A stretch of 64,000 bases of DNA from Octopus sinensis (Eukaryota), in NCBI RefSeq assembly GCF_006345805.1, contig NW_021832595.1:45010-109009 (forward strand), in the 5' to 3' direction. Below, in pieces: positions 59,220 through 64,000 of this stretch; within the stretch, counting starts at the first letter, position 1; every line of letters starts with the position of its first letter. The notes under the pieces were generated by a model. That model did no database searches, was not told the DNA's origin, and saw only the letters and a list, made by a program, of their open reading frames with translations. The position numbers and the translations under genes were made by a program.

Positions 59220-62110
59220 ACTTCAGGAAACCTGCCAGTCACCTGTTCGCCTATCAGACTGGTGGGCACACTAGTCAGATTGACAACATTCTCTCTAGGA
59301 AACAGGAAAGATGGCTGCTCATAAATGCCAAAATTTTCCCAGGTGAAGAAAATCACCCCACAAAATAGGTTAGTGGTTATTGTGTTCAGGATCAGGGCTA
59401 AATGGCTGCCCAGAAGATAGCAAGGAAGGGTCTGGAAGCTTAAGGATTTTGTGAGTGGACAGATGAAAAAGAAGAGACCATAGCATCACATAATGTGGAA
59501 GACAACTGGAGGTTCCTACAGGATAACCTGTTGAGGGTTACTGACCAGATCTGTGGTTGGTACAAAGTCCCCAGTTGACCTAAGGAAACATAGTAATGGA
59601 ACAATGTAATTTACAGGTCTGGAAGGATTGGAATTGTAGTGGTAGCAGGGAATTGTATCAGATTGCCAGAAGGGAAGCTTGGAGACAAGTTTACATAGCC
59701 AGAGGGGAAGTAGAAAAGAATAGATTTACAAACATTCTGCATTTGGAGGATCAGAGACTTGAAGTGTTTTGAATTGCAAGATAGTGTGTGAGAGAGAATC
59801 ATGATGTCATAGGAGAGAAATGTGTCTGCATGGGTGATGGTGCACATGCTTTTAATGATTCTGCAAAGAAAAAGATACCACTATGAAAGGTTGCTAAAAG
59901 AAGAGAATGAATGGGAGAAAGAGAGTCTGCCAAATGTCGACCAGACTGAAGGATCAGCTATCCAAATTGACAGTACCTTGGTAGATAAAGCAATTAAGGA
60001 TCTGAAGACAGGGAAAGCCCCCTGCCCATCAGGAATAATTCTTGAGATACTTAAAATATCTGGCTGTGTAGGCTATGGTCTAGACACCCCTATAGTCAAT
60101 GAGGTGGTACATGAAGAAGTCATACTCAATGACTGACGTAGCAGTACCAAGTCGACTGCCACAAAGGTAAAGGTGATGCATTAGATACGAATAATTACAG
60201 AGGTATCAAATTGTTGGATCAGGTGATGAAAGCCACGGAGAGGGTCATAGCCCAACTAATTAGGGAGGGAATTAGTTTAGATGAAGTGCAGTTTGGGTTT
60301 GTGCCAGGGAGGAAGCACCACTGATGCTATATTTCTGGTAAGATAACTGCAGGAGAAACTCCCAGCCAAAGATAAACCTCTGTACTCGGCTTTTGTTGGC
60401 ATGGAGAAAGCTTTTGACAGGGTCCTCCAATTCCTTATCTGGGGTTAATGCAGAAACTAGGGATAGGCGAGTTGTTAGTGAAAGTTGTACAAGCCATGTA
60501 CAAAGATGTTGTCAGTAAGGTGAGGGTCGGCAACAAGTATAGCAAAGAATTCAGGGTACAAGTAGGGATTCACCAAGAATCAGTCCTCAGCCTCTTCTTG
60601 TTCATTATAGACTTCCAGGCAATAACAGAGGAATTCAAGACAGGCTGCTCCTGGGAGCTCCTCTATGCTGATGACCTTGCTCTTATAGCTGAGTCACTAC
60701 CAGAACTAGAGAAGACGTTCCAGGTATGGAAGCACGGTCTAGAATTGAAGGGCCTTAGAGTTAACCTGGAAAAAACCAAAGTCTTAGTAAATAGGAAGGT
60801 AGATAAATCACAAATCTCTTCAGGTAGATGACCCTGCTCAATCTATAGAAAAGGTGTAGGTAGTAACTCTGTAAAATGCACTTGGTGTAAGTTTTGGAAA
60901 CATAAATGGTTCAGCAGAGGAAGGTTAACTGGGAAGATAGGTTTTGTGTGTGGAAAGTGGACAGGTACAATAAGCACCAAACATGAACAGGAAATAGATT
61001 CCATCACATGCCAGTGGAGAAAACTGGAAGTAGTCAATAGCTTCCATTGCCTAGGTGATCAAGTCAGTTGCAGAGCTGGATGCTCTGAGACGATAGCTGC
61101 TAGAATACGAATAGGCTGGGCAAAGTTCAGAGTGCTCCTTCCTTTACTGGTAACAAAGGTCCTCTCACTCAGAGTGAAAGGCAGACTGTATGATGCCTGT
61201 ATACAAACAGCTATAGTACACGGCAGTGAAACATGGACTGTGAGTGCTGAGGACTTGCATAGGCTTGAAAGAAATGAAGCTAGTATGCTTCACTGGATGT
61301 GTAATGTTAGTGTGCATGCATGACAAAGTATCAGCATCCTGAGAGAAAAGTTGGATATAAGAAGCATCAGATGTGGTGCGCAAGAGACACGACTGTGCTT
61401 GTATGGCCGTGTGATGCGTATGGATGAGGACAGATGTGTGAACAAGTGTTACAATCTAGTGGTGGAAGGTTAGACCTAGGAAGGCATAGAATGAGGTGGT
61501 GAAGTACGCTCTTTGACTGTTGGGCCCCACAGAGGCAATGACAAGCGACCAAGACAGTGCTTAAGAAACCTCTAAAGAAAAAAAAAGCCAAGTGAGATCA
61601 TACTTGTGGCTGATGCCTGTGTCGCATAAGTGGCCCATTAAAAGCACCCTTCAATCTTTGGATGATATGCTGTACTCATGAAGACCTGTTGAAACGAGTA
61701 ATGTCATGGCCGATGCTAGTGCTGTCTGACTGGCACCCATCCTGACGGCATGTCAAAAGTACTGTTCGAGTGTTTGGCCTCATGGAGGCAGTGACAGGTA
61801 ACCAAGACCCTTGGCGATGTACCATACTTGTGTTGATTTGTCAAGCCAAGTGAGACGGTAGTCATGGCTGATGCTGGTGTGAGGTCAATGGCATCCATGC
61901 CAGTGGCACGTAAAAAGCACTCGCAACACTCTTGAAGTGGTTAATGATAGGAAGGGCATCCAGCTGTAGGAACCAAGCCAGATCAGACTGGAGCCTTGTG
62001 TGCCTCCCCCACCATCTCACCCAGCTTACCAAGTTTTCAGTCAAAGCATTCAACTCATGCCAGCATAGAAAGCAGATGTTAAATGATGATGATGATGATG
62101 GTGGTGGTGA
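59220..62110 (+). mobile_element. RTE LINE (APE C-terminus to 3' UTR), degenerate
   Basis: [52 protein letters not shown], 3' tail with (GAT)n. Confidence 0.92.
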
Positions 62111-62269
62111 TGGTGGTTATCGTTCTCACATCAACAATTTTCTACTCAGTACGTAACATAATTTTCAGTTTCTTTTTTGATCAGTCCAAATCTTCTTACA
62201 ATCACTGGCTTCATAATCACATTGATATACCACATTTTCCAATTTCAATGAGCATCTCTTTATATTATT

Positions 62270-62717
62270 ATTATTATAATAATAATAATAATAATAATAT
62301 AATAATAATAATAATTGTGTACAGTGCTCAGGTGCACTACAACTCATCTAAAGTGTATGTATAATCAGGTGTAGTTTCGGCGGATTTCGGAAAGCATGAG
62401 GGCCTTAAAGGATGCAGTGTCATGGCAGTCAACAACTGACGCAGGCAGTTTATTCCATGCTTCAGCAACTCTGAGTGTGAAAAAATGTTTCCAAAAGTCA
62501 TGGGAGCTGTGTTGTTTTCTGACTTTGTAGGCATGTCCACGTGTGTTAGACACATGGAGATCAAAAAGGTGTTCAGTGTTGTTGTTGGTGAGGTGGTTGA
62601 TAACTTTGAGGGTGTTTACCAAGTCCGTCGCCAGACGCTGGAGCGTCAGTGAATCCATGCCCAGGGAAACAAGGCGCTCAGAATATGGTAGGTGTCTGAT
62701 GGAGGGTATGCGTTTAT
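62270..62717 (-). mobile_element. CR1/L2-clade LINE 3' end
   Basis: [40 protein letters not shown]; (TAA/ATT)n tail. Confidence 0.85.
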
Positions 62718-64000
62718 CATTCAGTAGTTTTATTTTTATAACGTGCTTTCACTTCACTACCGAGCGCAGCTCTGTGTGCCTTGGGTATGTGCTGTGGTTT
62801 GTTGTGATGCTCTGATGGTTACTGTATTGAAAGTGTTTTGCGTAGGATGTGTGCAGTGCCTAGTAGTGCAATTTTCTGTATGATATATGTGTTCGTAAGT
62901 CCTGGTGTTTTAGTTATGCATTTGTCTGAATATTTTTTTATCATGCCTAATGCATCTACTATGATAGGAATTGTTTCTGTTTTTAGATTCCACATTCTAG
63001 TTACCTCTGTTTCCAGGTCTTTGTATTTCGAAAGTTTCTCCATTTCTTTTAGAGACACGTTGTCATCTGCTGGTATTGATACATCAATTAGAAAGCATTT
63101 TTTTCTTCATGATCTCTGACAACTATATCTGGTCTATTGGCCTTAATTTCTTGATCTGTGTGTATTGGCATATCCCAGAGTATGGTTGCTTTCTCGTTTT
63201 CTGTGACCTTTTCTAGTGTGTGCCTATACCATCTTTTTTCTGTTGTTATTCCATAATGTTGGCATAGCTTCCAGTGTATGTAGGTTCCAACTCTGTCATG
63301 TCTGTGAATATATTCCTTCTTAGCCAGGACTGGGCAGCCAGAGATAATATGATTTATTGTTTCTTGTCCATCTCCACATATTCTGCAGTTACTTGTTATA
63401 TTTCTTTTCATTACATGTTTTTGGTAATTTCTAGTGGGGAGGCTTTGGTCTTGTGCTGCTATTAAAAATCCCTCTGTCTCTGCTTTCAATCCTGAGCTTC
63501 TCATCCACTGCTGGGATTTTTCTTTGTCTATTTCTTTTGCATTTAGTTTAATCCAGTACTTGCCATGAAGGGGCTTTTCTTGCCATCGTTTTATCATGGT
63601 CCGTTGCTGTTCTAGTTTTAGTTTTGATTTCATTTGCTTTATAGCTTTTGTTATGTTTTCTTCTTCTTCTTCATATTTGTTAGGTAGTATGATTTCTTGT
63701 TTGCATTTGTCAGCTTCTTTAATTACTGAGAACAATTTTTTATTTTTCTTATGATTTGCCGCTATTTGTATCAGTTTTCCTTCCTTCTGAGGTAGATATT
63801 TTTGCAGTCCTATGGTGGTTATTTTATAATAGTTTTCCAGCTTTATAAGGCCTCTACCACCTTCTATACGTTGTATATATAGCCTTTCTATGTCAGATTT
63901 TGGGTGATGCATCCTAGATCCTGTCATTATTTTTCTTGTTTTCCTATTATTTTGGTTAGTTCATTTAGCATCCAGTTAAGGATATTGTAGCTGTAACTTA
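62718..64000 (-). mobile_element. R4/Dong-like LINE 3' part, relatively intact, runs off the window
   Basis: 279-aa ORF with HHPKSDIERLY...GGRGL, TEGFLIAAQDQSL, CRICGDGQETINHIISGC, RHDRVG, RPDIVV; frameshifted C-terminus QKIALLGTAHILRK. Confidence 0.92.

Overview
This is AT-rich, repeat-dense eukaryotic genomic DNA. The SINE/LINE/microsatellite families look like an octopod cephalopod (inferred from pattern, not verified). One host gene spans the window on the + strand: an internal part of a PARP14-like macro-PARP with 12 coding exons between 498 and 57072, about 1,140 codons once five single-base homopolymer deletions are corrected, and open at both ends. It encodes a long N-terminal RRM/KH-like region, a hydrolase-type macrodomain 1, and two reader-type macrodomains. 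The two readers arose by a recent intragenic duplication of a 4-exon cassette, and their exons have diverged much faster than the adjacent intron. The introns are packed with TEs: a Helitron with both termini carrying a ~40-copy 69-bp array that encodes 23-aa STPR-like repeats, hAT and piggyBac MITEs with perfect TSDs, mariner remnants, RTE, R4/Dong and CR1 LINE fragments, and several tRNA-derived SINEs. The most unusual element is a tRNA-headed short repeat whose 3' part carries a minimal, Penelope-type hammerhead ribozyme motif (3 copies, two of them as a head-to-head inverted pair). All alignments and counts were done by eye; no database searches were run, and TE boundaries without TSDs are approximate.
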